Source: an uncultured delta proteobacterium
GTDB lineage: Bacteria; Desulfobacterota; Binatia; Binatales; Binataceae
Assembly: GCA_963794325.1 (NCBI GenBank)
Contig: CAWCDG010000007.1
Coordinates: 307,447-371,446, forward strand
Direction of reading: 5' to 3'
DNA: 64,000 nt
Shown here: positions 50,901-60,518 of the stretch, one piece after another
Layout of the letters: each line of letters starts with the position of its first letter
Position numbering within the stretch: position 1 is the stretch's first letter
Notes under the pieces: model-generated
The model's database searches: none
The model's input: only the letters and a program-made list of their open reading frames with translations
What the model was told of the DNA's origin: nothing
Program-made: the position numbers and the translations under genes

Positions 50901-51772
50901 TGGTCGATGACAACGCGACCAATCGATCGATCGTCAATCAGATGCTGAGCGCCCGAGGAGCTACAGTTACCGAAGCCGGGTCCGGGGCCAAAGGTCTGAG
51001 CGCGTTGGCGACCGCTAGTCGCAACGGCGCGTCGTTCGGCCTGATCCTGGTTGATCTGCAGATGCCCGCGATGGACGGCTTCGAGATGATCCGCCAGATG
51101 CGGCATGGCCCGAATAAAAACCCACCTGTCGTCATGATGGTGACTTCCAACGGCCTGACCAGCCGGCTCAGCACGATGAAGGAGTTGGGGCTAAACAACT
51201 ATGTGGTCAAGCCGGTCAAGAGCCACGAATTGTACGCTGCCGTTTCCGACGCGATGGCAGAGCTGGCCGGCCCCGCGGATGCGGCGCCCGAGCTTCGTCA
51301 TGAAACGGTGGCAAACGGCGCGCGGACGCATCTGCTGGATCGTCCGCTCAGTATCCTGCTGGCGGATGACTCGCCGGATAATCGCCTGTTGATCGCGGCG
51401 TATCTGAAAAAGAGCGGCTACGTGCTTGACGAGGTCGAGGACGGCCAACTGGCGGTCGATCATTTCATGACGCGCAACTACGACCTGGTCCTGATGGACA
51501 TCCAGATGCCGGTGCTCGACGGATACAGCGCCGTGCAGAAGATTCGTCAGTGGGAGATAGCGAACCATCGTGTCAGGACGCCGATCATCGCGCTGACCGC
51601 GTCCGCGCTCGAGTCCGACGTGCAGCGCGCACGTCAGGTGGGCTGCGACCTGCACGTCAGCAAGCCGGTCAAGAAATCGACGCTGCTCAAGGCAATTGCA
51701 GATGTGGTCGAGGCGGGGGAAAGGGATGACGCGGGGCCTACGGCAGATATAAGAATCGAAGAACTTAATTGA
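47957..51772 (+). CDS. Membrane hybrid histidine kinase, four PAS and two REC domains
   Basis: TM block; four PAS repeats; MSHEIRTPMN H-box; NLIGNAIKFT; GGSGLGL; two receiver domains (VDLQMP, MDIQMP). Confidence 0.93.
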   Translation: MGAMPKHHDPDSRDSNPEHDQLSTEASSGLAPAGSRNALSASRLADENIVGFWRTGAALVIFFQLIYAAEHHYASASTFDATLSLHLANIAVGILFFLASFTPLMPRFWRQLALLSCIALLISTTGICVKSTRIEALFVSVLVTVVGTGTLAPWDWPWQAAISVVGMICFYTLARSHGIVDSDPSMYWLGLMTAVGLGQSNVYLQTRNRRAIAQNLADQLSSDQHLQDSEEKFRQIFQQSGDMAVVTNLDTGAILEVNNQFVKRSRVPRELVVGRMDTDFNFFAEPAAREQFMKELLENGVVQNLEVQLNGLGYGRPMPALISAVVVRLNNQKCAIIVVREISDVREAERKMRNSETTLRKIFDANLDSVTTTDASTRRYTDVNHEFCRSTGFSREEVLGKTYWEIGVWPSREESDNFSAAMMRGGEVRNMRANFYAKDGTLIPCLMSGAMVELDGKLSVLTITRNIGDLLAAEEKLKESEGSLRKIFDSILDPLSITDLDGRFVDVNAEFIRLSEFSRGEIIGTISARVGGDRYEREYRESLRATGQARNFEVTIPTKSGLAIPVLLSSVVVDLGGEPRVVTIARDITVRKEEERKLQSSEAMLREIFDSSVDNIALTDLTNGIIIDVNNEMVRSLGLAKNEIVGKRFDEVKVWESTERLNLFSETLLKQRKIRNFETTFRTVSGSTFPALISAVILELGGRECALSIARDITDLEAARQKALAASKAKTEFLSSMSHEIRTPMNAILGMADLIGESDLNSEQRRYLDTIISNGNALLELINSILDLARVESGRMNLEAVAFDVVELTEKVADTLAVRAHEKGVELAVRFGGDLPPTLVGDSLRLRQVLTNLIGNAIKFTEHGEVVIDVAHNPSQSNPGSLMFSVRDSGIGMPREMLPNIFSAFTQADSSTTRKYGGSGLGLTIVERLVALMGGRVWVESELGIGSTFHFTVELGLAKELTDQSESREYRGLDLSSVRALVVDDNATNRSIVNQMLSARGATVTEAGSGAKGLSALATASRNGASFGLILVDLQMPAMDGFEMIRQMRHGPNKNPPVVMMVTSNGLTSRLSTMKELGLNNYVVKPVKSHELYAAVSDAMAELAGPADAAPELRHETVANGARTHLLDRPLSILLADDSPDNRLLIAAYLKKSGYVLDEVEDGQLAVDHFMTRNYDLVLMDIQMPVLDGYSAVQKIRQWEIANHRVRTPIIALTASALESDVQRARQVGCDLHVSKPVKKSTLLKAIADVVEAGERDDAGPTADIRIEELN

Positions 51773-52020
51773 ATGTGAAACCCTCCGCGGGTTTCACGCT
51801 TCCGCGGCAGGGGTGACCCCTGCACCCAGTATTAATCGCAAAATGGCGAGGACGCCATTTTGCTCTCAGGTTCTTTTTTGGAAACTCCTTTACCTTACGC
51901 GTTAGTCTTCGTGATGCCACAAAATAGCCGTAGTTGAATGGCGCGGGTTGGCTGTGAACCGCTAGTCTCTGGTCCGGGCGATTCGCTCTCGTGGAGCGCG
52001 TTCCGGAGGGATTTCGAGAA

Positions 52021-52860
52021 ATGAATTTCCTACTCTATTGGGGACCCGCCAGACAGATCATATTCGTGATCGTGGTGTTCGGTGGCGGCAGCATAGCCGG
52101 TCTGTGCCTTGTGAGATGGTTGGTTCCACTGGACCGGCTGCAGAAGAACCACGAAGTGGCGGGGGTGACATTCGGAGTGCTGGGGGCGTTTTACGGCCTG
52201 GTGCTTGCCTTTGTAATTGTGGCCGCCTGGGAACGCTTCAATGACGCGAACGCTTATGCGCTTACCGAAGCGACGGCGCTGGAGAGCCTCTACAAACTTG
52301 GCATGGCCTCTTCCGAGCCGATGCGCTCTCAGCTCGATTCGGACGTTCTCGAATACACACACACTGTGATCGAGAAAGAATGGCCGCAGATGGCGAATAA
52401 CAGTTTCGAAGGTGGAAAAGTTGGGGCGCACAAACTCTGGGCAGCGGTCCTCGGATATCGCACCGCGGATAGCCGCGAGCAATTGCTGGTGGACAAGTCG
52501 ATCGACCAGCTCAACCTCATCAGCCAGTCGCGCAGCCAGCGGATTTTCTATTACCAGGAAGATCTGCCATCGGTGGTGTGGACGGTGATCTATCTTGGAT
52601 GCCTGATGACGATAGGCTTCAGCTACTTTTTCGGCAGTAACATTTTCCGCGCGCAAGTTCTGATGTGCGGTTTCTTTTCGATCCTGCTCGGCATGACGAT
52701 ACTCGCGATTCTGGAACTGGCGCATCCGTATCAGGGCGTCGTCACGATCTCGGACGAGCCGTTCCGATACTCACTCTCGCGAATGGAAGCAGCCAACAGC
52801 TACAAGATGGCCGGGCCGGACGCATCGCACACGGCAGTCAGCCCGACCCCACGTCCGTAG
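52021..52860 (+). CDS. DUF4239 membrane protein
   Basis: GAFYGLVLAFVIVAAWE, EWPQM and LAHPYQG. Confidence 0.8.
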   Translation: MNFLLYWGPARQIIFVIVVFGGGSIAGLCLVRWLVPLDRLQKNHEVAGVTFGVLGAFYGLVLAFVIVAAWERFNDANAYALTEATALESLYKLGMASSEPMRSQLDSDVLEYTHTVIEKEWPQMANNSFEGGKVGAHKLWAAVLGYRTADSREQLLVDKSIDQLNLISQSRSQRIFYYQEDLPSVVWTVIYLGCLMTIGFSYFFGSNIFRAQVLMCGFFSILLGMTILAILELAHPYQGVVTISDEPFRYSLSRMEAANSYKMAGPDASHTAVSPTPRP

Positions 52861-52917
52861 AGCACCGGTAAGCCCTTAACCGCATGGAGGTCGCTCGGCT
52901 CAGCAGCGAAATAAGAT

Positions 52918-53907
52918 ATGCCAACACTACGACCAATCCGTTTTGGAATTCTCGGCGCGGCGCGAATTGCGCCGGACGCATTGATCAAGGCGGCGCAGCT
53001 GGTGCCGGACGCCGAAGTCGTCGCGGTCGCGGCGCGCGATCCGAAGCGTGCGCGCGAGTTTGCCGACGCGCACAATATCCCGCGAGTGCTCGCGACCTAC
53101 GACGACCTCGTCAACGACCCCGAGCTCGACGTGATTTACAACCCGCTGCCGAACTCGCTGCATTGCCAATGGTCGATCGCGGCGCTGCGCGCGGGTAAGC
53201 ACGTGCTGTGCGAAAAGCCGATCGCGTCCAACGCGCTCGAGGCGGAGCAGATGGCGCGGACGGCGGATGAGACCGGCAATATTCTCGGCGAGGCATTTCA
53301 TTATCGCTATCATCCGCTGGCGGATCGCGTGCGCGGTCTTATCAGCGACGGGACGCTGGGCCGGCTGGTCCGCGTCGAGGGACATTTTGCGGTGCCGATT
53401 CCGGAAACGAATATCCGCTTCGACTGGAATCTCGCGGGCGGCGCTACGATGGATCTCGGATGCTATCCGCTCCACATGATTCGCTATTTTTCCGGCGTTA
53501 CGCCACGCGTGATTCGCGCCAAGGCGGAGACCGGACCGAAAAATATCGACATCGCAACGGATGCGGAACTCGAACTCGAAGGCGGCGCGACGGCGAAGAT
53601 GACATGCGCGATGAAGAAGGATTCCGTAATTAACGCGACCTTCATGGCGCGTGGCAAGCGCGGGGAACTGCGCGTGATAAATCCGATCGCGCCGCATCGC
53701 GGTCATCAGCTCATCGTGAAGACGGGTGCCGGCGAACAGACCGAAACGGTGCCGGGCGACTCGACGTTCACGCATCAACTACGCGCATTCGTCAAGGCCG
53801 TGCGCGGCGGAGCCAAATTTCCCACCGATGGCGCCGACGGAATCATCAACATGCGCGTGATCGACGATGTTTACCGAGCTGCGGGCCTGCCCCCGCGCGC
53901 CAGCTGA
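52918..53907 (+). CDS. Gfo/Idh/MocA oxidoreductase
   Basis: GILGAARIA, YNPLPNSLH, HVLCEKP and GGATMDLGCY. Confidence 0.93.
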   Translation: MPTLRPIRFGILGAARIAPDALIKAAQLVPDAEVVAVAARDPKRAREFADAHNIPRVLATYDDLVNDPELDVIYNPLPNSLHCQWSIAALRAGKHVLCEKPIASNALEAEQMARTADETGNILGEAFHYRYHPLADRVRGLISDGTLGRLVRVEGHFAVPIPETNIRFDWNLAGGATMDLGCYPLHMIRYFSGVTPRVIRAKAETGPKNIDIATDAELELEGGATAKMTCAMKKDSVINATFMARGKRGELRVINPIAPHRGHQLIVKTGAGEQTETVPGDSTFTHQLRAFVKAVRGGAKFPTDGADGIINMRVIDDVYRAAGLPPRAS

Positions 53908-53967
53908 CGCCCTTAGACTTTGCTCAAATCGCGAGCATTCGCGAGTAAAAGCGGTCGCTAGTCCATC

Positions 53968-54001
53968 AAGACTTGATTTAACTAGGCATAACGGCTAGTT
54001 T
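53968..54001 (+). promoter_or_regulatory. sigma70-like promoter with conserved spacer motif (copy 1)
   Basis: AAGAC-TTGATT-N17-TAGTTT containing CATAACGGC. Confidence 0.55.
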
Positions 54002-54056
54002 TCCCGCGACCAATTTTATACGTCACGTTATGACAATCCAGGAGGGGAAAACACGC

Positions 54057-54578
54057 ATGAAGTTAGCGAAGACACTTGCAATCGTCGCCTGTGCAGGCCT
54101 GCTGTCGGCGGGAGTAATCGGCTCGGCACGGCACGCATACGCACAGGATGCGGCAGAGACCGATCAGGCTGAAGGAGCCTGGAGTGCGGGCGGAACCGGT
54201 AGTGCAGACATCGCATCGACTCCCGATTCCAAAGCGCCTCCGCTCGTTATTGCAGGCTGCTGGGATGGCGACGTCGGAGACAGTGGCGATGGCATCGGAA
54301 CCGCCACTTTCGCATTCGTTCAGAGTTCGAATGGAAAGGCCCTTGTGAGTGGAACTCACTTTGACTTCGAGTGGCCGGATCAAACCTTCGCGAGGGGCTA
54401 TATGAAGGGAACGGTGAGTTCCACGGGGATCAAATTCCATGGCAACGCGGGCAGGGGTTGTCCGATGAACGGAACCGCCAAGGGCGACACCTCCGTGCTG
54501 ACGGGAAAAGTTAAGTTCGGCGGGCAATGCGCGAAGTTTCTCAAACACGTGGTGATTTCCATCTCGCCTTGCATATAG
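54057..54578 (+). CDS. Secreted hypothetical protein (paralog A)
   Basis: GGAGGGG SD; signal peptide ending AYA-Q; four conserved Cys in the mature part. Confidence 0.75.
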   Translation: MKLAKTLAIVACAGLLSAGVIGSARHAYAQDAAETDQAEGAWSAGGTGSADIASTPDSKAPPLVIAGCWDGDVGDSGDGIGTATFAFVQSSNGKALVSGTHFDFEWPDQTFARGYMKGTVSSTGIKFHGNAGRGCPMNGTAKGDTSVLTGKVKFGGQCAKFLKHVVISISPCI

Positions 54579-54745
54579 CCGTTCGGCGCTGAATTTGGGT
54601 GGGGCCTGTCGCGCGTTCTGCGCGGCGGGCCCTCGCTTTTGTGCATTTCGTTGATCGCAACTCCGCGCAATCTGTTCGAGGGGCATGAGGCTGGTTGTTC
54701 GCCTCAAATCGAGTATTTACACGTCATAATTAGTTTAAACTGCGT

Positions 54746-54779
54746 AAGACTTGCATCGCTTAAACATAATGGCTAGAAA
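54746..54779 (+). promoter_or_regulatory. sigma70-like promoter with conserved spacer motif (copy 2)
   Basis: AAGAC-TTGCAT-N17-TAGAAA containing CATAATGGC. Confidence 0.55.
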
Positions 54780-54829
54780 TTCTACCTGGTTATTGATGCC
54801 CTCTTTAGCCAAAAGAGGAAAACCGGTTG

Positions 54830-55354
54830 ATGAAATTAGCGAAGATGCTTGTAGCCATGTCTTGTCCAAGCCTGCTGTTGGTTGTCTTGCTCGGCGTCAC
54901 GTCTCACGCGTATGCGCAGGATGCTGGCGAAATTGATGAGAACGTAGGCACTTGGAGCGCGCCGGGTGCCGATGGCGCGGAACAATCGATTCCCGAGGTA
55001 AAAACACATCCGCTCAAAATTAAGGGATGCTGGTCCGGCACTGTGATGGACACCGCTGATGGCATGGGAACCGTCACTTTCCAATTCAGTCAGAGTTCGA
55101 ATCGAAAGAAGATTCTGGTGGGGAGCATTATTCAGTTCACGTGGCCTGATACCGCCAAAGCGACCGTCCCGATGAAGGGCTCGGTAACTTCAAGCGGATT
55201 CACCTTCAAAGGCAACGCCGGCCAGAACTGTCCAGTCGTCAGCGGGAGCGCCACAGGTGACGCTACCGCGCTGACCGGAATAGTCGAGTTCACCGGCGGC
55301 TGTTCGATGTTCTTCCAGAAGGTGACCTTCTCGATCGCACGGGGTTGCCCGTAG
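54830..55354 (+). CDS. Secreted hypothetical protein (paralog B)
   Basis: Aligns with paralog A: MKLAK, HAYAQD, WSA, GCW.G, QSSN.K, WPD, MKG.V and F.GNAG..CP. Confidence 0.75.
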   Translation: MKLAKMLVAMSCPSLLLVVLLGVTSHAYAQDAGEIDENVGTWSAPGADGAEQSIPEVKTHPLKIKGCWSGTVMDTADGMGTVTFQFSQSSNRKKILVGSIIQFTWPDTAKATVPMKGSVTSSGFTFKGNAGQNCPVVSGSATGDATALTGIVEFTGGCSMFFQKVTFSIARGCP

Positions 55355-55450
55355 CCGCCTGACGCCGAATTCAGATTCCTGGCGCAAACTGTCTTCCTGC
55401 GTTTCGTGATATAGCCTCGCTGTACCCCGCGCATCACACACGGAGGGAAT

Positions 55451-56335
55451 ATGGCGAGCGAGCAACTCAACAAGGTGATCGAGCGGATCAAGTCGCAGCC
55501 GCAGAATCCGAACGCGTCGATGGAGCAGCGGCGCGCCGGGATGGAACGGATCAGCGAGCGGGTTCCGGCTGACGTGATTTGCGAGAAGGCCGACGCAGGT
55601 GGCGTCAAGGCGGAATGGATCGCGGCGCCGGGCGCGGCGGCCGATCGGATCATTTTGTATCTGCATGGCGGCGGCTACGTGATCGGATCGATAAATACGC
55701 ATCGCGCGATGGTCTCGAGGATCGCGCGCGCGTCGAATGCGCGAGCGCTGTCGATTGACTACCGGCTCGCGCCGGAGCATCCGTTTCCCGCCGCGGTCGA
55801 GGATGCGATGGCGGCATACAAGTGGCTCCTCGCGCAGGGTTACAAGCCCGGCAAGATTGTTATCGCGGGGGATTCGGCAGGCGGAGGGCTGACGCTGGCG
55901 CTGTTGATCGCGATTCGCGACGCAAAGCTTCCGATGCCGGCTGCTGCCGTTCCGATATCGCCGTGGACGGACCTCGAAGGCACCGGGGAATCGGTGCGGA
56001 CCAGAGCCGCGCGCGATGTAATGGTGACGCAGGAGAATCTGGCGCACTCCGCGAAACAGTATTACGGCACGCATGACCCCAAGGATCCGCTGGTGTCGCC
56101 GGTGCATGCGAACTTTCGCGGACTGCCGCCGATGCTAATCCATGTTGGCGATGCTGAGATTCTGCTCGACGACGCCACTCGCGTCGCGAAGAGTGCAAAA
56201 CTGGCGGGCGTCGAGGTCGAGCTCGAAGTCTGGGACGATATGCCGCACGTCTGGCACGTGTTTGCGAAGGTGTTGCCGGAGGGCCAGCAGGCGATCGACA
56301 AGATCGGGAAATTCGTGATCGCGCGCACGTCGTAG
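55451..56335 (+). CDS. HSL-family esterase (alpha/beta hydrolase)
   Basis: HGGGY, DYRLAPEHPFPA, GDSAGG and HVW. Confidence 0.93.
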   Translation: MASEQLNKVIERIKSQPQNPNASMEQRRAGMERISERVPADVICEKADAGGVKAEWIAAPGAAADRIILYLHGGGYVIGSINTHRAMVSRIARASNARALSIDYRLAPEHPFPAAVEDAMAAYKWLLAQGYKPGKIVIAGDSAGGGLTLALLIAIRDAKLPMPAAAVPISPWTDLEGTGESVRTRAARDVMVTQENLAHSAKQYYGTHDPKDPLVSPVHANFRGLPPMLIHVGDAEILLDDATRVAKSAKLAGVEVELEVWDDMPHVWHVFAKVLPEGQQAIDKIGKFVIARTS

Positions 56336-56352
56336 AGCGCGACCGCAAGTCC

Positions 56353-56958
56353 CTATCGTTTCGTGTCGATTCGGAGACCGTTCCACATTCGATTGGCAGA
56401 TTCGCTGACTTCGCGGCGTGCGCGCGCCTTGTCCGAGGCATGAGCGATGAGACGCGCCGCTTCATTCATCGAGCCCATAATCATATGGGCCAGAGCCTCG
56501 ACCGGTTGCTTTTCGATGATTCCGGCGGCGATCGCCGCCTCGATTGCTGCCTTCAATCCGGCCAGGTAGTAGCTCTCGTCCGATTGTCGGAAGCCTTCCG
56601 TGCCAAGTACGGCGGGGGCGTCGATTAACACGATCTGCTGAACTGCGGGGTCGAGACACGCTTCAAGAAACGCGTCGTTTGCGGCCATGAGCGCGCGCCA
56701 CGGATCGCTTTGTTTGGCGGCGGCTTCGGTGCATTTGGCGGCGACTTTTGTCTGTTCTTCGTGCAAGACCGCTCTGAACAAATCCTGTTTGTCCTGGAAA
56801 TGATGATAGAGAGCGCCGCGAGTGACACGGGCGCGTCGCACAATTTCTTCAGTTGCGGTGTCGGCGTATCCGCGCTCGGCGAAGAACTTGCGCGCGATTT
56901 TGAGGAGCGCGGCGCGGGTGGCGGCGGAATTTTCGGCCTGGCGGCTCTTGACTGCCAT
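56353..56958 (-). CDS. TetR family regulator
   Basis: FAERGY..T..EEI..ARVTRGALYHHF HTH. Confidence 0.93.
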   Translation of the reverse strand: MAVKSRQAENSAATRAALLKIARKFFAERGYADTATEEIVRRARVTRGALYHHFQDKQDLFRAVLHEEQTKVAAKCTEAAAKQSDPWRALMAANDAFLEACLDPAVQQIVLIDAPAVLGTEGFRQSDESYYLAGLKAAIEAAIAAGIIEKQPVEALAHMIMGSMNEAARLIAHASDKARARREVSESANRMWNGLRIDTKR

Positions 56959-56974
56959 ACAAGCGATATATTAA

Positions 56975-56991
56975 ATACACACAGTATGTAT
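56975..56991. promoter_or_regulatory. Probable TetR operator
   Basis: Imperfect palindrome ATACACACAGTATGTAT between the divergent tetR and hydrolase genes. Confidence 0.6.
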
Positions 56992-57023
56992 GTTCCCCTG
57001 TGTTTCTCGAACGGAGGTTAGCA

Positions 57024-57887
57024 ATGAAAGCATCTGAGTTCCAGTCCTCCCGGAAATTCGTCCAGACTGCCTTTGGACGCATCGCTTACGTCGAGCGCGG
57101 AAGCGGACCCGTAGCGCTGTTCGTCCACGCGCTTCCGCTGTGCGGCTATCAGTGGCGCTATGCGCTGGATGAAGTCTCATCGATGCGTACCTGTGTCGCG
57201 CCGGACCTGATGGGTCTTGGGTACAGCGAGATTCCCGTCCCTCAGGATATTTCGTTCGAGTCACAGGCAAGGATGCTGTCTGCATTCCTGGACGCACGCT
57301 CGGTCAAGCAGGTTGACCTTATAGGCAACGATACCGGCGGCGGTGTCAGCCAGATCTTTCTTTCACTCTATCCGGAACGCGTACGGTCGCTGACGCTGAC
57401 AAATTGCGAAGTACACGATCTCTGGCCCAACCCGATGTTGCAGCAATTCTACAGTGCGCTGAAGGCTGGTGTGGTAGGAGAGTTGCTCAAGAACATCACG
57501 CGCGATCCTTCCCTGGCCGCTCAGCTCGCCGCGGCATATGAGAATCCGGAGAGTCTGAGCAAGGAGTCGCTCGAGGTGTACTTCGGTCCCTTCGTTGACT
57601 CTGAACAACGCCGCGACCAACTGAAGGGTTTTTCGGAGGCGGAACGAAACCGCGATCAGCTAGTTGCGGCAGCCAAAGGGCTTCACGCATCGCAGATCCC
57701 GGCACAGGTTTTGTGGGGCGACGCGGACACCGCCTTTGATACGCCAGCCTCGATCGAGTGGCTGAAGCACAATCTGGGCGGCCTGCGCAAAGTAATTACC
57801 ATTCCCAAGGCAAAATTATTCTGGCCTGAGGAACATCCGCGGCTGCTCACCGTTCTGCTCAAAGAGTTCTGGTCCGGACTGGACTGA
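57024..57887 (+). CDS. Alpha/beta hydrolase, haloalkane dehalogenase/epoxide hydrolase-like
   Basis: APDLMGLGYS and GNDTGG (Asp nucleophile); GGAGG SD. Confidence 0.85.
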   Translation: MKASEFQSSRKFVQTAFGRIAYVERGSGPVALFVHALPLCGYQWRYALDEVSSMRTCVAPDLMGLGYSEIPVPQDISFESQARMLSAFLDARSVKQVDLIGNDTGGGVSQIFLSLYPERVRSLTLTNCEVHDLWPNPMLQQFYSALKAGVVGELLKNITRDPSLAAQLAAAYENPESLSKESLEVYFGPFVDSEQRRDQLKGFSEAERNRDQLVAAAKGLHASQIPAQVLWGDADTAFDTPASIEWLKHNLGGLRKVITIPKAKLFWPEEHPRLLTVLLKEFWSGLD

Positions 57888-57927
57888 ATAGAGGATTTCA
57901 GCCGCCGGAGGAACCTCGAGCGCCGGC

Positions 57928-58863
57928 TCAGAACTTGTAGTTCACCTTGGTGAGCTGCTCTGACATGTCCCACAGCCGCGATGCAACTGCGCCGTCCTGC
58001 GCTGCCGCGCTGCGCCCGACGCGTACCGGATTTCCCCACAACTCGCCCATACTGTCGGGGCCGATGTAGTCGTTGCCCTGGACGTCGGGCGCGACGGCAG
58101 CATACTCGGTCGGCAGCGCGCCCATCGCGGCGCTTTGCGCGAGCACACTGTTGGCAACTGAGAAAACAGACTCGAGCATCGACGATCCCGTCATCCGCGG
58201 TCCCGCGGCTTGCAGATTGGTCGCCGCATAGCCGGGATGGCACGCGACGGCAAGCAATTTCTTGCCGGCCGCATCGGCTTTGCGCTGCAACTCTGACGTG
58301 AACAGGAGATTGGCGAGCTTGCTCTGTCCGTAAGCCATCCACTTGCGGTAGCCGTTCTTCCATTGGAGATCGTCGAAACGGATCTTGCCCATGCGATGCG
58401 CGCCGCTGGCGACGTTTACGACTCGTGCGCCCTCGGTGGCGAGCAATCGATCGAGCAGCAGGCCGGTCAACGCGAAGTGCCCGAGATGATTGGTGCCGAA
58501 TTGCATCTCGAAGCCGTCGGCAGTTTGCCGATACGGAATCGCCATGACGCCGGCGTTGTTACACAGCACGTGCAGCGCCTGATGCTGGAGATGAAACGCG
58601 TCGGAGAAACCGCGCACCGACGCGAGATTCGAGAGGTCAAGTTCCATCACCTCGACTTTCGCGCCGGAGGCCGACCCTGTGATCTGCGCGGCCGCGGTGC
58701 GGGCCTTGCCGAGGTCGCGACAGGCGAGGATGACCTCGGCACGCTTGCGCGCGAATTCCAGCGCCGCTTCATAACCGATGCCGCTGTTGCCGCCGGTTAC
58801 GACAATCGTCTTGCCGGAAAGGTCCGGTATGTCATCGGCGGTCCAGGGTTTCTTGTCGGGCAT
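57928..58863 (-). CDS. SDR oxidoreductase (retinol dehydrogenase/WWOX-like)
   Basis: TGGNSGIG, NNAGVM, TNHLGHF and YGQSK. Confidence 0.93.
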   Translation of the reverse strand: MPDKKPWTADDIPDLSGKTIVVTGGNSGIGYEAALEFARKRAEVILACRDLGKARTAAAQITGSASGAKVEVMELDLSNLASVRGFSDAFHLQHQALHVLCNNAGVMAIPYRQTADGFEMQFGTNHLGHFALTGLLLDRLLATEGARVVNVASGAHRMGKIRFDDLQWKNGYRKWMAYGQSKLANLLFTSELQRKADAAGKKLLAVACHPGYAATNLQAAGPRMTGSSMLESVFSVANSVLAQSAAMGALPTEYAAVAPDVQGNDYIGPDSMGELWGNPVRVGRSAAAQDGAVASRLWDMSEQLTKVNYKF

Positions 58864-58914
58864 AGGTCGCGCTCCTCCTCGTTGGTCTGACGAAGGGTAT
58901 CACACGCGGGCAGA

Positions 58915-60423
58915 CTAGAGAGAAATGCCGGCGAGGGAGGCGATTCGTGACAAGTCCGTGCAATGCTCGAGTGCGTCGGCGATTCGATCGAAGGCCGCGG
59001 TGCGATTCGCGTCGGCGTCGCCTCGCTCGCCGGATTCTAGCGGCGCGAGGCCTTTCGAGGTTCTTATCTGGTCGAGAAAGTTTCGTCGAAAGCCGGCGGA
59101 GTCGAACACGCCGTGTATCGACGTGCCGATCACTCGTCCATCGTCTGATCGGATGCCCTCGAATTCGTTCACGGCGCCGCTGTCCCGATGAGTCAATCTG
59201 AACATTGCGCGGGATTCCGTGATGCCGGTGATTCGTCCGGAGTGAATCTCATAGCCGGAGATTGGCCGGTTGGTGGGTAAATGAACCGCACGGATTCGAT
59301 CGGTGATTTTTTCGGGTTGAAAGGTGGTTTCGATTTCAAGCAATCCCAGCCCAATCGTTTCGGGCGCATCGCTCTCGACGCCGGCAGTATCGACGATGAG
59401 GCGTCCGAGCATCTGGTAGCCTCCGCAGACTCCGACGATCCATCCTCTTGCGCGACGATGTCGTGCGAGGAAGTCCTCCCAGCCGGCGCGGCGCATCCAT
59501 TTCAGATCGGCGACGGTGCTCTTGGTCCCCGGAATGATCAGCACGTCGAGGCGCGGCGCGATGGCGGGATCGCTCAAGTAGTGGACGGCGACGTCGGGTT
59601 CACCTTCGAGCGCTTCGAAATCCGTATAATTAGAGATGCACGGCAGGTGTATCACACCGATACTCAGTGGCTTGTTGACCGCAGGCTTTGGAGTCCCGTC
59701 GAGCATCGCTGCGTCTTCCTGCGGCAATCCGAGATTGTTCTGCCACGGAATCACTCCTAACACCGGGATGCCGGTGCGTTGCTCGAGGAAGCGAAGGCCG
59801 GATTCCAGCAGCGTCACGTCGCCGCGGAACTTGTTGATCAGCACTCCCTTGACGCGTTGGCGCTCCTCGGGCGCGAGGAGTTCGATCGTGCCGACGACCG
59901 ACGCAAAGACGCCGCCCTTGTCGATATCCGCGACAATCAGCACGGGCGCGTCGGCCAGCTCGGCGATTTTCCAGTTGACGATATCGCGATGCCGCAGATT
60001 GATCTCAGCCGCGCCGCCCGCGCCTTCAATGACTATCAGATCGAAATCCCGCGCCAGATTGGTATAGCTGCTGACTATCTCGGGCCATGCCTCAGTTCGA
60101 TATCGCTCATAGTCATTCACGCCCATCTGAAATCGGGCGCGGCCGCGAATGACTACCTGGCAAGTCATGTCGGCTTCGGTTTTCAACAGCACCGGATTCA
60201 TGTCGACGCTCGGCTCGAGTCCGCACGCCTCGGCCTGCACCGCTTGAGCGCGTCCTATCTCGCCGCCGCCCGGGCAAACCACTGAGTTGTTAGACATGTT
60301 CTGCGATTTGAACGGCGCAACGCGGACACCGGCGCGGGCGAATGCCCGGCATAGCGCAGTGACGATCACGCTCTTGCCGACGTCCGACGCCGTGCCCATT
60401 ACCATCAGGCTCCTGGCGCTCAA
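58915..60423 (-). CDS. cobQ: Cobyric acid synthase
   Basis: GTASDVGKS, PFKSQNMSNN, EGAGGAAEINL, GVCGGYQMLG and GYEIHSG. Confidence 0.95.
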   Translation of the reverse strand: MSARSLMVMGTASDVGKSVIVTALCRAFARAGVRVAPFKSQNMSNNSVVCPGGGEIGRAQAVQAEACGLEPSVDMNPVLLKTEADMTCQVVIRGRARFQMGVNDYERYRTEAWPEIVSSYTNLARDFDLIVIEGAGGAAEINLRHRDIVNWKIAELADAPVLIVADIDKGGVFASVVGTIELLAPEERQRVKGVLINKFRGDVTLLESGLRFLEQRTGIPVLGVIPWQNNLGLPQEDAAMLDGTPKPAVNKPLSIGVIHLPCISNYTDFEALEGEPDVAVHYLSDPAIAPRLDVLIIPGTKSTVADLKWMRRAGWEDFLARHRRARGWIVGVCGGYQMLGRLIVDTAGVESDAPETIGLGLLEIETTFQPEKITDRIRAVHLPTNRPISGYEIHSGRITGITESRAMFRLTHRDSGAVNEFEGIRSDDGRVIGTSIHGVFDSAGFRRNFLDQIRTSKGLAPLESGERGDADANRTAAFDRIADALEHCTDLSRIASLAGISL

Positions 60424-60518
60424 CCTGCGGCTCCTGTTTGCGCAAAATTCATTGGAACCAGAAGATACGCGATGCGATACTGTTTCGAGAAGAGTCCGTC
60501 CAACAAGGAGCGACTACA

